Assembly (NCBI GenBank): GCA_963784065.1
Contig: CAWAQA010000005.1
Span: forward strand, 383,530 to 447,529
Source of the DNA: an uncultured Acidobacteriota bacterium
Lineage (GTDB): Bacteria > Acidobacteriota > Vicinamibacteria > Vicinamibacterales > UBA2999
Length of the DNA: 64,000 nt
Direction of reading: 5' to 3'
Part shown: piece by piece, positions 26,361-40,682 of the stretch
Layout: each line of letters begins with the position of its first letter
How positions within the stretch are numbered: position 1 is the first letter of the stretch
The notes under the pieces: generated by a model
Databases searched by the model: none
What the model was told of the DNA's origin: nothing
What the model saw: the letters and a program-made list of their open reading frames with translations, nothing else
Position numbers and translations under genes: made by a program

Positions 26361-27238
26361 TCATGCTATCAACATCCGCGCCGGCTCGAGTAGCGCGGAC
26401 AGATCTTTCGCGCCGGCGCGGCGGAGGCCCGGCGCGGAGGTAATCTCGGCAAAAGCACGATCCGCCTCGACCGCGGACCCGAACATCGAGCGCGGGTGGA
26501 GCTGCAGCGTCTGCTGGAGCCACATGCGAAACGCGGACGCGCCCGGCGCTGCGGCGTCCGAGGTGGCGGCGATCACCAGGTCCGTCGTGCAGCGCGGATA
26601 CTCGTGGTCGCGAAGCGGCCGCCGCAGCGCGATCGCGAGCACGACGGCGCCCAGTTGCGTGACGTCCGCGCGCTGATCGAAGCGCGGCAGGCTGGCCGCG
26701 GCGGGCAGCGCGACGTGAAACTCGCGCCACAGCTTCTCGCGGTTCCATTCGAGCGATTCGAGCGCCGCGCCGAATACGCTGTCGGTCAGCACGGCTGATC
26801 CGTCGTCCCCGAGCACGATGTGCGCGGGCGTGAGGGCGCCGTGCGCGAGGCCGTCGGGCAATCGGTGCAGCGCGGCCAGCGCCCGGACGACGCTGCCGGC
26901 GAGCTCCAGCATCGCCGCATGCGAGAGGCTGCCGCCGGTCGACTCGAGTCCCGCGAGAAAATCCGAGAGCCGAATGCCACAGGTTGCATCCGCGACGACG
27001 CGCACGCCTGCGGCATCGCGCTCGATGCGCCGTACGGCCGCAAGAGCGGGCGCCGCGATGTGCGCCATCCGCTCGGCGCGGGCGCGAATCGCCGGCTTCG
27101 GCCGCCGCATGCGAGGCCAGCACGGGCGCAAGCGTAAGCACCTCCACCTGGCCGTGCGGCGGCTGCATCAGGACCCACCGCTCGCCGAGGCCGTCATTCA
27201 GCGCGTAGTGACCGCCCGTGGACCTGTTCCGGCGCCAT
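26361..27238 (-). CDS. Protein-kinase-like domain protein, probably catalytically dead (frameshifted)
   Basis: ALAALH...HGALTPAHIVL...LTDSVFG...ADVTQLG align to kinase subdomains VI-IX; GGAGG before ATG at 27238. Confidence 0.6.
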
Positions 27239-27446
27239 GCCTCCGCGAATTGCAACCACCGGTCCCATGTGCAAAGGGGTGAAAATCGCTGCAATCGACG
27301 GCCTTTGCCCGGACCTGCGCGGTGCGGCCATTACAGATCGGTCAGGCGGCGACAGACTTCTGTAATCACGCTCGCGCGGCCGACGGCGAGCGTCCGCCCG
27401 GCGCAACCTGGAGTGTTACACTTCGCTAGCACCTGGAGGATTTGCC

Positions 27447-29043
27447 TTGAAAACACGCTCGCTGCCGGCCGTTCTCGCCAGCACGGTCATCCTCTCCACG
27501 CTGGCTGCCGCGACGTGGGCCCAGGCCCCGGCGAGCGGCCCGGAGCGCGTCGATTTCGACGCCTTGTACCGGATCAAGGACGAGGGCCTCCAGCGGTCCC
27601 AGGTCATGGACACGCTCTGGTACCTGACCGACGTGCATGGACCCCGGCTGACGAACTCGCCCAACATCCGCGCGGCAGCGACGTGGGCCATGAAGCGTCT
27701 CAACGAGTGGGGCGTCAGCAATGTGCGCCAGGAGGCGTGGGGACCTTTCGGACGCGGATGGGCGAACGACAAGCTCGTCGCTCACGTGATCGCCCCGCAG
27801 CCGTTCCCGCTGATCGCATTCCCGCGCGCATGGACGCCCGGCACCAGCGGGACGATCACCGTCGACGCCCTCCATGCGGTCATCGACGACGAGAACGACT
27901 TCAAGGAATGGGCGGGCAAGCTGAAAGGCAAGGCCGTGCTCGTGTCGGTGACGCCCGAGGTGCGGCCGCTGTTCACGGCGCCGGGCCGCCGCCTCACCGA
28001 CCAGGACCTCATCGACATGCAGGCGCAGCAGGTCAACACCGGCCGCGGCGGCAGGGGCGGCCGCGGCGGCGGACCCGACGATCCGGCCTTCCCGCTGAAG
28101 CGCGCACAGTTCTTCGCCCGCGAAGGCGTCGCGGCGATGATCGAGCCGGGCAGCGGCCGCAACGATCACGGCGCGATTCTGGTCGGCAACGCGCCGCGTC
28201 AGTTCCGCGACGCGAAGGAGCCGCTGACTGTTCCCCAGCTCATGGTCGCCAGCGAACACTACAACCGGATCGTCCGCCTCCTCGAAAAGAGCATCCCCGT
28301 CACGATCGAGCTGAACGTTCAGAACCGTTTCGTGGACGACACGGTGGACTCGTTCAACATCGTCGCCGAGATTCAGGGCACCGACCGCAGCGACGAGATC
28401 GTGATGCTCGGCGCGCACTTCGATTCGTGGCACGCTGGCACCGGCGCCACGGATAACGGCGCCGGGGTCGCGGCGATGATGGAGGCGGTCAGGATCCTGC
28501 GCGCCTCGGGCGTGCGGATGCGGCGCACGGTACGGCTCGCCCTCTGGACGGGCGAGGAACAGGGGCTGCTCGGCTCGCGCGAGTACGTGAAGCAGCAGTT
28601 CGGCGACCCGGAGTCGATGCAGCTCAAGCCGTCGCACAGCCGGCTCTCGGCGTACTTCAACATGGACAACGGCACCGGCGCGATTCGCGGTGTGTACCTG
28701 CAGGGCAACGAGGCCGTGCGCCCGGTGTTCACGGCGTGGATGGATCCGTTCCGCAACCTGGGTATGACGACGCTGACGATTCGCAATACCGGCGGCACCG
28801 ACCACCTCGCATTCGACGAAGTCGGCCTGCCCGGTTTTCAGTTCATCCAGGACCCGGTGGAATACGGGACCCACTCGCATCACACGAACATGGACCTGTA
28901 TGACCGGGCGCAGGCGGAAGACCTGATGAAGAACTCCGTGATCATCGCATCCTTCGTCTATCACGCGGCGAACCGGGACACGCTGCTGCCGCGCAAGGCG
29001 CTGCCCAGGCGCGCGGAACCAGCGCCCGACCGCTACGCAATGA
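27447..29043 (+). CDS. M28/M20 family secreted peptidase (carboxypeptidase Q-like)
   Basis: GPRLTNS, LGAHFDSW, GATDNGAG, WTGEEQGLLGS, NMDNG, GGTDH, HHTNMD. Confidence 0.9.
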
Positions 29044-30286
29044 CCCTCGAGCTGTGGGCCCTGATCGCCGCGGCCGGAGTCGGCGCGGCGATCGTGGCCA
29101 TCCTCATCAGCCGCGGGCAACTGGCGGCGCTGCACGCCGATCTCGCGCAGACGCAGGAACAGCTCAGCGCGGCCCGGGCCGAGAACGCCGCTCTGGCGCG
29201 GGACAACAAATGGCTCGGCGAATCGGACCAGAAGCTGCGCGACACGTTCCAGGCCCTGGCCGCCGAGGCGCTCAAGGACAACCGCTCCTCGTTCCTCGAT
29301 CTCGCGAGGACCTCCTTCGAGCAGTATCAGCAGCCGATCTCGGAGACCCTCCGGCGCGTCGACGTCCGGCTCGGCGAGGCCGAGCGCGATCGCGTCGCCG
29401 CCTACTCGAAGCTCGCCGAACAGGTCGTGGCGCTCGGCTCGACGGCCAATACGCTGTCGCGGGCCCTTCACACCCCGTCCGTCCGGGGCCGCTGGGGAGA
29501 AATGCAGCTTCGACGCGTGGTCGAGATCGCGGGCATGCTCGAGCAGTGCGACTTCGACGAGCAGGCGGCGTTACACAGCGACAACGGCCGCCTGAGGCCG
29601 GACCTCATCGTGCACCTCCCCGGAAGAAAGCAGATCGTGGTCGACGCCAAGGCGCCGCTCGAGGCATTCCTCGACGCGCAGGAGACCCGGGACGACGACG
29701 CGCGTGCGTTGAGGCTGCAGGCGCATGCCCGACAGGTGCGCGACCACATGGACAAGCTCGGGAGCAAGGCCTACTGGGACCAGCTCGAATCCCCGGAGAT
29801 GGTCGTGCTGTTTCTCCCGGGGAAACACTCTTCAGTGCGGCGCTGCAGCACGACCTGACGCTCATCGAGCATGGCCTGCGGCAGAAGGTCCTGCTGGCGA
29901 GCCCGATCACGCTCATCGCCCTGCTCACCACCGTCGCTCACACATGGCGGCAGGAGGCGCTGACCGAGAACTACCGGGAGGTCGCGCAGCTCGGGAAGGA
30001 ATTCTACGAGCGGCTGGCGACGTTCATCGAGCATTTCGATGACGTACGCAAGAAGCTCGACGGCGCGGTGCAGGCCTACAACAAGGCGGCGGGCTCCTTC
30101 GAAACCCGAGTGCTGGTGAGCGCGCGCAGGCTCAAAGACATGGCGGTGACGACGGCCGGGGAACTGACGCCGCTGGAGCCGATCGACGCCGTCCCGCGCG
30201 TGCTGAAACAGGCCAATCTCATGGGGCTGCCTGAAACGGCGACCGTTGAGGAGGACGAGGGCGTCAACTCCCAACTCCCGATCTGA
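29040..30286 (+). CDS. rmuC: DNA recombination protein RmuC (frameshift near 29820)
   Basis: N-terminal TM, coiled coil, RGRWGEMQLRRVVE, RPDLIVHLPG, VVDAKAPL, LASPITLIALL. Confidence 0.9.
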
Positions 30287-30420
30287 GCCCCGCGCCAACG
30301 CCCAACCTGTCGTGCCTTCGTGCAACTCCCATCTGTCGTGCCTTTCGTAGAGGCCGACCTTCAGGTCGGCCTGTCGGGAGTGCGCGTGGAACGGAGTTGG
30401 GACTTGGGAGTTGGAAGCTT
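30265..30420. repeat. Inverted heptamer array, CAACTCC / GGAGTTG family, with internal GTAG REP
   Basis: caactcc caactcc (30265-30278) facing ggagttg ggacttg ggagttg (30393-30413); gtag-aggccgacct-tc-aggtcggcct at 30347-30372. Confidence 0.85.
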
Positions 30421-30434
30421 TAAGATCTAGCCGG

Positions 30435-32141
<1,707 letters not shown>

Positions 32142-32148
32142 GACGCAC

Positions 32149-32168
32149 GGGCCGGCTGAAGCCGGCCC
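32149..32168. repeat. REP palindrome between convergent glnS and malQ
   Basis: gggccggct-ga-agccggccc. Confidence 0.78.
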
Positions 32169-32174
32169 GCTGAT

Positions 32175-33766
32175 CTAACGTCCATGCCTGTGCGCCCACT
32201 CGCGCAACTGATTCGCAACCGCCATCGCCGCCGGCTCGGTCGAGATCCGATCGACCGGCCACGGCAGGCGCCACGTCCAGTTGCCGTCGCCAACCGTGGC
32301 CGGCTGGTTGATCCGGTCGCGCCATCCGAACACATCCTGGATGGGAAGAATCAGGATGTCGGCGCCGGAGGCGTAGAGGGTCTCGAGCAGCGCCTCGTGC
32401 ACGGCGTGGGGCAGGTGCGGCACGTCAAGCGCGTGTGCGCGATCGTCTTCGCTGAGCCGCTCGCGCACTGACGGAATCGCGAGCACCGCCTGCCGTTCCT
32501 CGCGCGGCGCATTCTCCCACCAGATCACCATCGGCTCGGTGTCATGCGTGCCCGAGGTGGCCACGCCCGCGGCCGGGTAGTCCACCGGATCGCGGAATGG
32601 TTGCCCTTCGTCGTTCCACCGCCGCTCCCAGCGAAAGACCTTGTAGCCGGGCACAGTCAGCCGGGCCAGCGACTCGACGCACGAAGTCGGGAACGGTACC
32701 GAGGTCCTCGGCGATGATCTCGGCGCCCGGCTCGCGGAACACCTCGAGCACGCGCTCGCCAAGCCGCGTCTGCGCGTCCTGGGCGGCCGGAGTGAACCGC
32801 GGCGCGCTGCCGTCGAGGGGGCGGAAGTAGGTCCGATAGAACCCCACGAGGTGATCGACGCGATAGCCATCGTACAGGTCGGCATTGCGCCGGGCGCGGT
32901 TGCGCAGCCAATCGAAGTCGCGTTGCGCCAGCACGTCCCACCGGTAGACCGGGAGGCCCCAGTCCTGGCCCGTCTCGCTGAACGCGTCCGGCGGCACGCC
33001 CACCGACGCGTCGAGGCGGAATTCATCCTGGCGCGCCCACACGTCGGCGCTGTCGCCGCTCACCATGAACGGCAGGTCGCCGAAGAAGGCGACGTCGCCG
33101 GCCGCGTCTCGCGCCGTGCCCCACTGGTCACCCGCGATCCACTGCAGGTACTGGCGGAAGAGGATGTCGTCGGCCAGCTCCGTGCGCGCGGCCGCGAGTG
33201 CGTCAGGATGCCGCGCGCGCAGCGGCTCCGGCCAGTCGGTCCACGCCCGCTCGTCGAAGCGGGCGTGCAGCGCGCGAAACAGCGCGTAGTCGTCGAGCCA
33301 CCATGATTCCTCCTGCATGTACTCACGGAACGCGGAAGCGCGCCGCGAGCCGCCTGCCCACTCGGTGTCCCGGAAGTACGCGAACGTGCGCCGCAGGGCG
33401 GTCAACTTCAGGCGGCGCACCGCGGGGTAGTCGATCGCGGGCGCGACGCGGACCGCATCGAGACGCGCGCGCAGCGCGGGCTCGAGCGCCGTCTCGCCGC
33501 CGATGGCGGCGAAATCCTCGAGCGGCGCGATCGAGATGAACTGCGGATCGATCGCCATCGCGCTCAGCGCCGAATACGGCGAAGCCTCGCCCGGCGGCAT
33601 CTCGTTGATCGGCAGCAGCTGCAGCAGCCGCTGGCCGGCGCCGGCGAGCCAGCGCGGTGATCGGCTGGAGGTCGCCGATTTCGCCGATGCCCCAGCTGCG
33701 TGTCGAGGAGAGGGAGAACAGCGGGACCAGTATCCCGCCACGGCGCGATGATCCTGGTCGGCGCAT
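32175..33766 (-). CDS. malQ: 4-alpha-glucanotransferase, GH77 (frameshifted)
   Basis: GILVPLFSL, QLLPINE, SPYSALS, GDLPFMV, PPDAFSETGQDWGLP, RVDHLVGF, IAEDLG, GTHDT, RINQPAT. Confidence 0.93.
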
Positions 33767-33784
33767 ATGAAGCTTCATGGCTGG

Positions 33785-33800
33785 TGCAAGGCAAATGCCG
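33785..33800 (-). promoter_or_regulatory. Candidate sigma-54 promoter for malQ
   Basis: Minus strand CGGCAT-TTGCC-TTGCA, GG-N10-GC spacing, about 20 nt before ATG 33766. Confidence 0.4.
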
Positions 33801-33804
33801 GCCG

Positions 33805-34981
33805 CTAGTTTGCCGTCACGAAATGGCCGCGTGCAGCACGCGTCCGAACGCCGGCGCGAAGACGATCTTCCGACGGCAGCAGGCTCACGACGATGAACGC
33901 CTCGCGAACGAAAGTCGAAGAAGTAGCCCGGATGCACGAGCACGCGCTCGCGCTCGAGGAGATCGAGCACGAACTGCTCCTCCGTGCGCGTGGCCGGGAT
34001 TCGCACCACCGCACACCAGCCGCCGTCCGCGCGCAGCACCTCGCAGGCGGGAACGCCGGCGGCCGCGCCGCGCGCGGCGTCCAGATTTCGCCGCACGCGC
34101 GCGTGGATCGCTGCACGGATCGGCGCCGCACGCGCCAGCAGCGCCGGCGCCGCGACCTGCACCGGCGTGCCCACCGAGAGGAAGCTGTCGGCGATCAGCT
34201 CGATGGCGGCACGTGCGCGCGTCACGCTCGTCCGGCGGGCCGCCAACCACGATCCATCCGAGCTTGAGCTGCGGCAGCCCCGCCGACTTCGACAGGCCGC
34301 CAAGCGTGAACGAGAGCACGTCAGCACCTGCGGCGAGATCGGTCACCGGGTCCGTCGGCGTCGAGCGGATAGTCCGCAAAGACTTCGTCGGCCACGAGCG
34401 CACAGCCCCGTTCGCGGCAGAACGCCGAGAGGCGCGCGACCTCGGGCGCCGACACGTAGGAGCCGGTCGGGTTGTTGGGAGACACGACGAGCACGGCGCG
34501 TGCGTCGGCCGGAGCGCTGTGACAGCGACGCGAAGTCGATCTCCCAGCGGCCGTGATACTCGAGATCGTACGGCTCGGCGCGCACGCCCTCCAGCCGGGT
34601 CAGGTGCTCGAACAGCGGATAGCTGGGACGCGGCACGAGCACGCACTCGCCAGGGTTGCAGAGCAGCTTGAACAACCACGTGTACGCCTCGCTCGTGCTC
34701 GCGGTGAGGACGACGTCCGCGGGATCGACCGTCACGCCGCGCCGCTCGTGATCCCTGGCGACCGCCTCGCGCGCCGTGGCGAGACCCAGCGGGTGCGGCT
34801 CGTAGCGCAACGCCTGCGGATCGACGAGCGGCGCCAGCAGATCGGGTGGATACGGCAGGCTGACCTTTGTCGGGTTCGACTCGGTGAGATCGACGATCGT
34901 CTCCCCTCGCGCGCGCAAGGCGGCGAGCGCCCGGGTCAGCCGGTTCGTGTCAGCGTAGGGCGGCAGGCGATCGGAGAACAT
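33805..34981 (-). CDS. PLP-dependent aminotransferase class I/II (frameshifted)
   Basis: DLTESNP, TASTSEAY, PSYPLF, SPNNPTG, ADEVF, GLSKSAGLPQLKLGW. Confidence 0.88.
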
Positions 34982-34985
34982 CCGG

Positions 34986-35108
34986 GAATCTGCGCTGTGC
35001 GATTCGCGATCTCAAGTCTGCGATTCGTGATTGTCATTCGAAATGCGAATGGCGACGACGAATCAGCCGCAATCACACATCGCAAATCACAACCGACAAT
35101 CACAAAAT
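34986..35108. repeat. Inverted heptamer array, CGATTCG / AATCRCA family
   Basis: cgattcg cgatctc aagtctg cgattcg tgattgt facing gcaatca cacatcg caaatca caaccga caatca. Confidence 0.7.
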
Positions 35109-35115
35109 GGTGGCC

Positions 35116-37150
35116 TTACCGCGGCAAGACCTCAACCTGCTTGATCACGTCCCCCTCGAGGATGCCGTCGGCCACGTCCATGCCCAACGTGATCTCGCCG
35201 AACACGGTGAAGTCGTGATCGAGGCGCGGGTTGTCGAGCAGGTTGACGAAGATCTGCGCGTCGCCGGTGTGGCGGCCGCGCGTGGACAGCCCGATCGTCC
35301 CGCGCGTGTTCCCGCGGAGTCCGAGCTCGTCGCGCATGAACGGGCCGTCGCCGGAGTACTCGTTCGATCCGGGACTGCCGCCCTGGAGCACGAACCCGGG
35401 CGCCACGCGCCAGAAGCTGAGCCCGTTGTAGTACCCCTGACGCGCCAGCTCCACGAACGCGCCCCGCGGTCGCCGGCGCCTCGTCGGTGAAGAGCCTCAC
35501 CTCCATCACACCGGTCGCCGTCGTCATTCGCAGACGGTCCGGCGGCGCCGCGGTGCGACCGTGCGACGGAGCCAGGGTGGCGGGTGCGGCAGCGCGGGGC
35601 TGGACGGCTACGCCGGTCCACGCCCGCAGCGTGACGGCGCACTCGGCGGCGACGACGGGGTCCTGATCGCTGAGGCAGAAGCGCAGCTCCGGCGCCTGGG
35701 CCTTCGAGCCGAGCTCGCGGAGGCGGACGAGCAGCGCCATGCGAGGATCGCGCGAGGTGTCACGCTTCTCGGCTGAGAGGCGCGTGAACGCCTCGAGCAG
35801 CGCGGGCGCGGCGGACGCGCCATTCGGCGACCCCTCGAGGGCCTGGGCGGCGAGCATGACCAGCTGGTAATCGCGGCGCGCCAGAGCCGCGACGTAGATC
35901 GCATCGGCGTCATGCCGTCGCAGCGTGCGCAACCCCTCGATCGCGGCGTGACGGACGTTGTCGTCGGCGTCGGACGCGAGCCGCTCGAGGCGCGCCGCCG
36001 CGGCAAGCGCCGCCGCGCCGCGCGCGGCGTACATGCGCACCTGCCACACCGGATGTTCGGCAAACACCGCGAGGAGCGGCGTCGCCTGCTCGCGCGCGAG
36101 GCGCGCCAGCGCCACGAAGGCGTGCGCCGGACGATGCCAGGCCACGCGGGATTGGGGACTGGAACCTCCGGATTCGGCTCTCGGCAGTTCGTTCGTCAAG
36201 GCGGTCAGCCGCGTCACCGGATTCGGGCCCGCCGGACAGCCATTGCCAAGGGCATCGATCGCGGCCAGCGCCACATGGGCGCTCACGTCGTCGATCGCGG
36301 CGAGGACGGGTGCGCAATCCTGCGGCTGCAGCAGCCGGCTGTAGGCGCGGACTGCCTCGTACCGTACCTGGAACGCCGGATCGACGAGGGCGCGGCCGAG
36401 CAGCGCGCGGCGCTGCGCATCGGTGGCCTCGGCCGTCGCAGACGCAACGATTGCACGGCGCCGCACCTGGAGGTCAGGGTCATCGAGCCCGCGCTCGACG
36501 GTCGCGATATCCACCGGTCCCGCCGCCGCAAGCGCGAGCCACGCCAGACGGCGCACCAGCGCGAGGTCGGCGTCCGAGGGATCGGAGCCCAGCGTCGCCG
36601 CGGCACGGAGCTGGGCGATCGTCGCTGCCTCGGGAGGCTGCACCTTGACCGTGTTCCGAATCAGGGCGTCGAGTCCTTTGGCCGCGCCGGCCACCACCGC
36701 CGGATGCGCGTCCTGCAGGCGGAGGCGCAACGCCTCCTCGACTTCGCGCAGGACCGCGGGAGCGCGGTTCGGCAGGCGGCCGATCGTCTCAGCCACGACC
36801 TCGCGCGTGAGCGCGTCCGGCTCGAGACGCAGCCTCGTGAGCAGCGCCTGCGTGGCCGTCGCCAGCTCCGGCGGCGGCGGGGTGTCGCCGGTGCGCGGGA
36901 CCGCGAACAAAGCCTGCCCCAGCGCATTCGCGGCCTCGCGCCGCACTTCGGCGCGCCCGTGCGGCAGCAGCGGAAGAATGTCCTTGACGGCTTCCGGGCG
37001 CTCCGTCTGGCCGAGCGCGCGCACCTTTCGCGCCACGTCGAGCGCCGCGTCCTGCGAGCGCCCGGCCGCCGTCGCCAGGAACACGAAGGCGATCGCCCAG
37101 GGCAGACACGACCAGCGGAAAGGGATCTTGCTGCGCAGCATTCCGGACAA
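35116..37150 (-). CDS. HEAT-repeat protein with C-terminal cyclophilin-type peptidyl-prolyl isomerase (frameshift near 35460)
   Basis: Repeated VRREAANALG / VRYEAV / VRHAAIEGL helices; YYNGLSFWRVAPGFVLQGG, LDHDFTVFG. Confidence 0.85.
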
Positions 37151-37165
37151 CCTTAGCCTGGCAGG

Positions 37166-39153
37166 TTAACTCGTTTTCGTCGCCTTGGCGGCCAGATCGT
37201 CTTCGTGATCCTCGTGGCCGTCGCGCGCGAATGCCGAGTACTCCAGCATCTGCGTCTCGAGGTCGCACGGGTAGGAAATCTCCACGTCCACGATCCCGCC
37301 ATCGTCGCCGTACCGCGCTTCGAGCCGCGGCATGACGAACGCACTATAGGACGGCAGGTTCAGCGCGTCCACACGCGCTACGACTTCATCGCGCAGAGCA
37401 GGATCGAAGTGGACACCGTAGGTCTCGAACAACGACTTCGCGGCATCGTAGTCGCCTTCGCCCTTGATGCGCTGCACCTCGGCGAGGAGGCGCCCGACGC
37501 CGTCACGGAACGCTGACGGGTCGGTCATCACGAAGTATGTCTTGCCGCCACGCCGCCTGACCTCGATCGCCGAGGTGTGCGCAATCAGCCAGTTCACGAT
37601 CATGTGGCGATTGCGCATGTGATCCTCCTCGATCTGCGTGCCGTGGCGGATGCGGCGGAGCTGCAGCAGCGCATTGCGCGTGTAGTGCTCGTACTCGGCG
37701 CGGATGATCTCTTCGTGATCCGCGGCAGGCACGAGGCCGAGCTCGACGAGCTTGGGGTCGGACAGGAAATACAAGGCCACGAGGTCGGCGCGCGACTCCT
37801 CGATGGCGGAGAACTGCTCCTTGAGCAACTGATGGGGCGGCGCCGTCACGCCCTCGGCCATGCGACCGGATCCGTGTCCGATCACCTCGTGCATCTCGGT
37901 GGTCAGTTCCTGCGCGAACGCACCGAACTGCCGCGCGCGGGCGGCTCTTTCGGCATTCCACGCGAATTCCACGCGCATGGCATCCGGCATGGCGAACTCG
38001 TAGGCTTCGTTCACGTTCGACATCGACACCGACTTGCTGCCGAACTGTTCGCGGATGGCCTGATCGTTGGGCAGGTTGATGCCGATCGGCATCAGCGGTC
38101 CGGAGTCGCCGGTCTCGAGCACGACCTCCATCGCCCTGGCGGTGACGCCGAGAACCTGGGGCTTGCGGAACCGTGGCTCCCACGGCATGTGATCCTCGAA
38201 CCACTGCGCGTTGGCCGCAATCGTCTCGATCTTGCGCGTCTTCTCCTCGTTGCACGTAGTAGACGAGCGCTTCCCAGGATCCTTTGGAGCCGCGCGGGTC
38301 CATGTAGACCTCGACGAAGCCGTTGATCGTGTCCACCGGGGACTTCTTGTCACGAACCCAGGCGATGTCGTAGGCGATGCGATCGCTCTCCTCGCCGGTC
38401 TGGTAGAAGCGGATCAGGGCGCGCAACGCCGTCGGCCATGGGGACGGTGGCGTAGGGCAGGGCGTCCTCGAGATGACCGATGATGCGGCGGATCTCGCGA
38501 TCGTAGCGGCCGCCGACCCGGTACACTTCCTCGACGAGCTGGCCGTTCCTCTTCACGAGCCTCGAGTTCAGCCCGAATCGCTCCTCGAACTGCTCGACGT
38601 CGCTCATCGTCACACCGACGTACAGATTGTTGGCGCTCGCCTCGAGAATGTCGCGGCCCGGGCCCGGCGTCTTGTTGGTGAGGATCGGGTCCACCTGCGG
38701 ATCGAAGAAAAGCGGCGCCAGCCGAGCGACCATCGATTCGAGCGACTCCCCCTCGCGCCGCGGAAAGCGCGCGCCGCGCCCGGCGGCGGCGCACACCGCG
38801 CCGGCAAGGTCGGCGCGCGTCAGGCGCAGGAGGAATTTGCGCGCCGTGATGTTGTTGTACGGGCCCGTGTTGAGCCAGAACAGCTTGGTATAGCGACGGA
38901 TCTCCGCGGCCACCGCGGGATCGACGGCCTGATCGTGCGTCAGGATGGCCTCGAGCAGCGCCCGCATCTCGAGGTTGTGGGCGTAGCGCTGGTCGTAGAA
39001 GATGTCGCGCCCGGCAAGGGCCGCCAGGGAGAGGTGCCAGACGAGGATCTTGTCGCGCAGCGACAGCGACGCGAAACCATCGGCGTAGAGTTGCACGACC
39101 GCGGCTTCGTCGACCCGCTCCAGGAGGTACTTACGATTCGGGCTGGCGGTCAA
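37166..39153 (-). CDS. Dipeptidyl-peptidase III family (peptidase M49), frameshifted
   Basis: HEVIGH hexapeptide zinc motif, EESRAD, GINLPN. Confidence 0.9.
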
Positions 39154-39182
39154 TGGCTAGACTCCAGACTCCAAAGTGCAGT

Positions 39183-40563
39183 TCAAACCTCTATTGTCTC
39201 CCGATACGCCGGCGCGCGGGCGTCCCACCCCAGCCGTTTACCAATCAACGCTCCCAGCGCGTCCATGGGTCCGGGCTCGCCGTGGACGAGGTAGAGGCGT
39301 CGCGGAGCGGACGGCAGCGTGCCCAGCCAGCGCAGGATCTCGCCGCGATCGGCGTGCGCCGACATCGAGTCGAGCCTGCGCGACCGTCGCGTGCGACCGG
39401 CACGAAGTGGCCGTGAATCTTGACGTGGGCCGCGCCGTCCACGAGGGTCCGGCCGCGCGTGCCGGGCGCCTGATAGCCGACGAAGAGCACGGTGTTCTTC
39501 GCCTCGGGGAGCGCGCGCGCCATGTGATGCAGGACGCGGCCGCCGGTGGCCATGCCGCTGGAGGAGATCACGATGGCGGTGCGCCGGCTGGCGGTCAGCT
39601 CGCTTCGACTGCTGCGGGGAGGCGATGGTCTGGAACCGCGCGGTCGCGAACGTGCTGACGTCCTTCTGCGTGGGTCGCATGTCCTCGTCGAGCTCGCCCA
39701 CATGCGAGGCGTAGAAGCGAAGCGCCTCGACCGCCATCGGACTGTCCACGTACACCGGCAGCACCGGGACGCGCCGCTCGCGTTCGAGGCGCCGCACCCA
39801 ATACAGCAACTCCTCGACACGTCCGATGGCGAACGCCGGGATGATCAGTTTGCCGCCGCGGCCTGCCGTTTCGCGAATCACGCTCGCAAGCCCTTCTCCG
39901 CTGTCGTCCGCGACGTGATCGCGATCGCCATACGTCGATTCGACAAGGACGATGTCCGCAGCCGCCGCGTCGGCGGGATCGGGCAGCACCGGCCGGCCGT
40001 AGCGCCCGAGATCGCCGCCGAACAGGATCGTCGAGCCACCGGCGAGACGGACGAGCACGATAGGACGAACCGAGCAGGTGGCCCGCAGGAGCGAATGTGA
40101 CGGTTATCCCCGGCGCCGCCTCCTGCGGACGGTTGTACGGCACGGCCTGGAGGTGCGTCAGCGCGCGAAGCGCGTCGCTCTCGCCGTAGAGCGGCAGGGC
40201 GGGCGCGTGCCTCGTGTAGCCATGCTTGTTCGCCTGACGCGCATCCTCTTCCTGGATTCGCCCCGAGTCGGGCAGCACCAGGCGGCAGAGATCCGCGGTG
40301 CCGCTCGTGCAGAAGACGCGGCCCCGGAATCCGCCGGCGACCAGCCGCGGCAGGTAGCCGACGTGATCGAGATGCGCGTGGGTCAGGACGACGGCGTGAA
40401 TGGAATCAGGAGGAACCGGAAAATCCTCCCAGTTCCGCGCCCGCAGCTCCTTGAGGCCCTGGAAGAGCCCGCAGTCGAACAACACGCGCGCGCCCGCGTG
40501 CTCGAGCAGGTACTTGGACCCGGTGACCGTGCGGGCCGCCCCCAGGAACGTGAGTTTTGCCAC
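39183..40563 (-). CDS. MBL-fold beta-CASP family ribonuclease (frameshifted)
   Basis: [59 protein letters not shown]. Confidence 0.92.
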
Positions 40564-40575
40564 GCACCGACGATA

Positions 40576-40670
40576 TCAGGCCTCAGGCCTCAGGCCTCAG
40601 GCCCCAGGGATCGCCAGGGATCCGCAGCCGGGAGGCCGCCCGGCCTTAGACCGGAGGCCCTGCAGCCTGT
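40576..40670. repeat. Heptamer array (TCAGGCC)4 with degenerate inverted partner
   Basis: Four perfect tcaggcc units at 40576-40603; ggcctta gaccgga ggccct at 40642-40661. Confidence 0.8.
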
Positions 40671-40682
40671 TAAGCTTTCCCC

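Noticed and set aside
27447-29858. Apparent 803-aa fusion of M28 peptidase with RmuC
   Set aside because: Removing one base near 29026 gives CCG ACC GCT ACG CAA TGA, whose stop overlaps the rmuC ATG (ATGA, 29040-29043). A single indel error explains the fusion.
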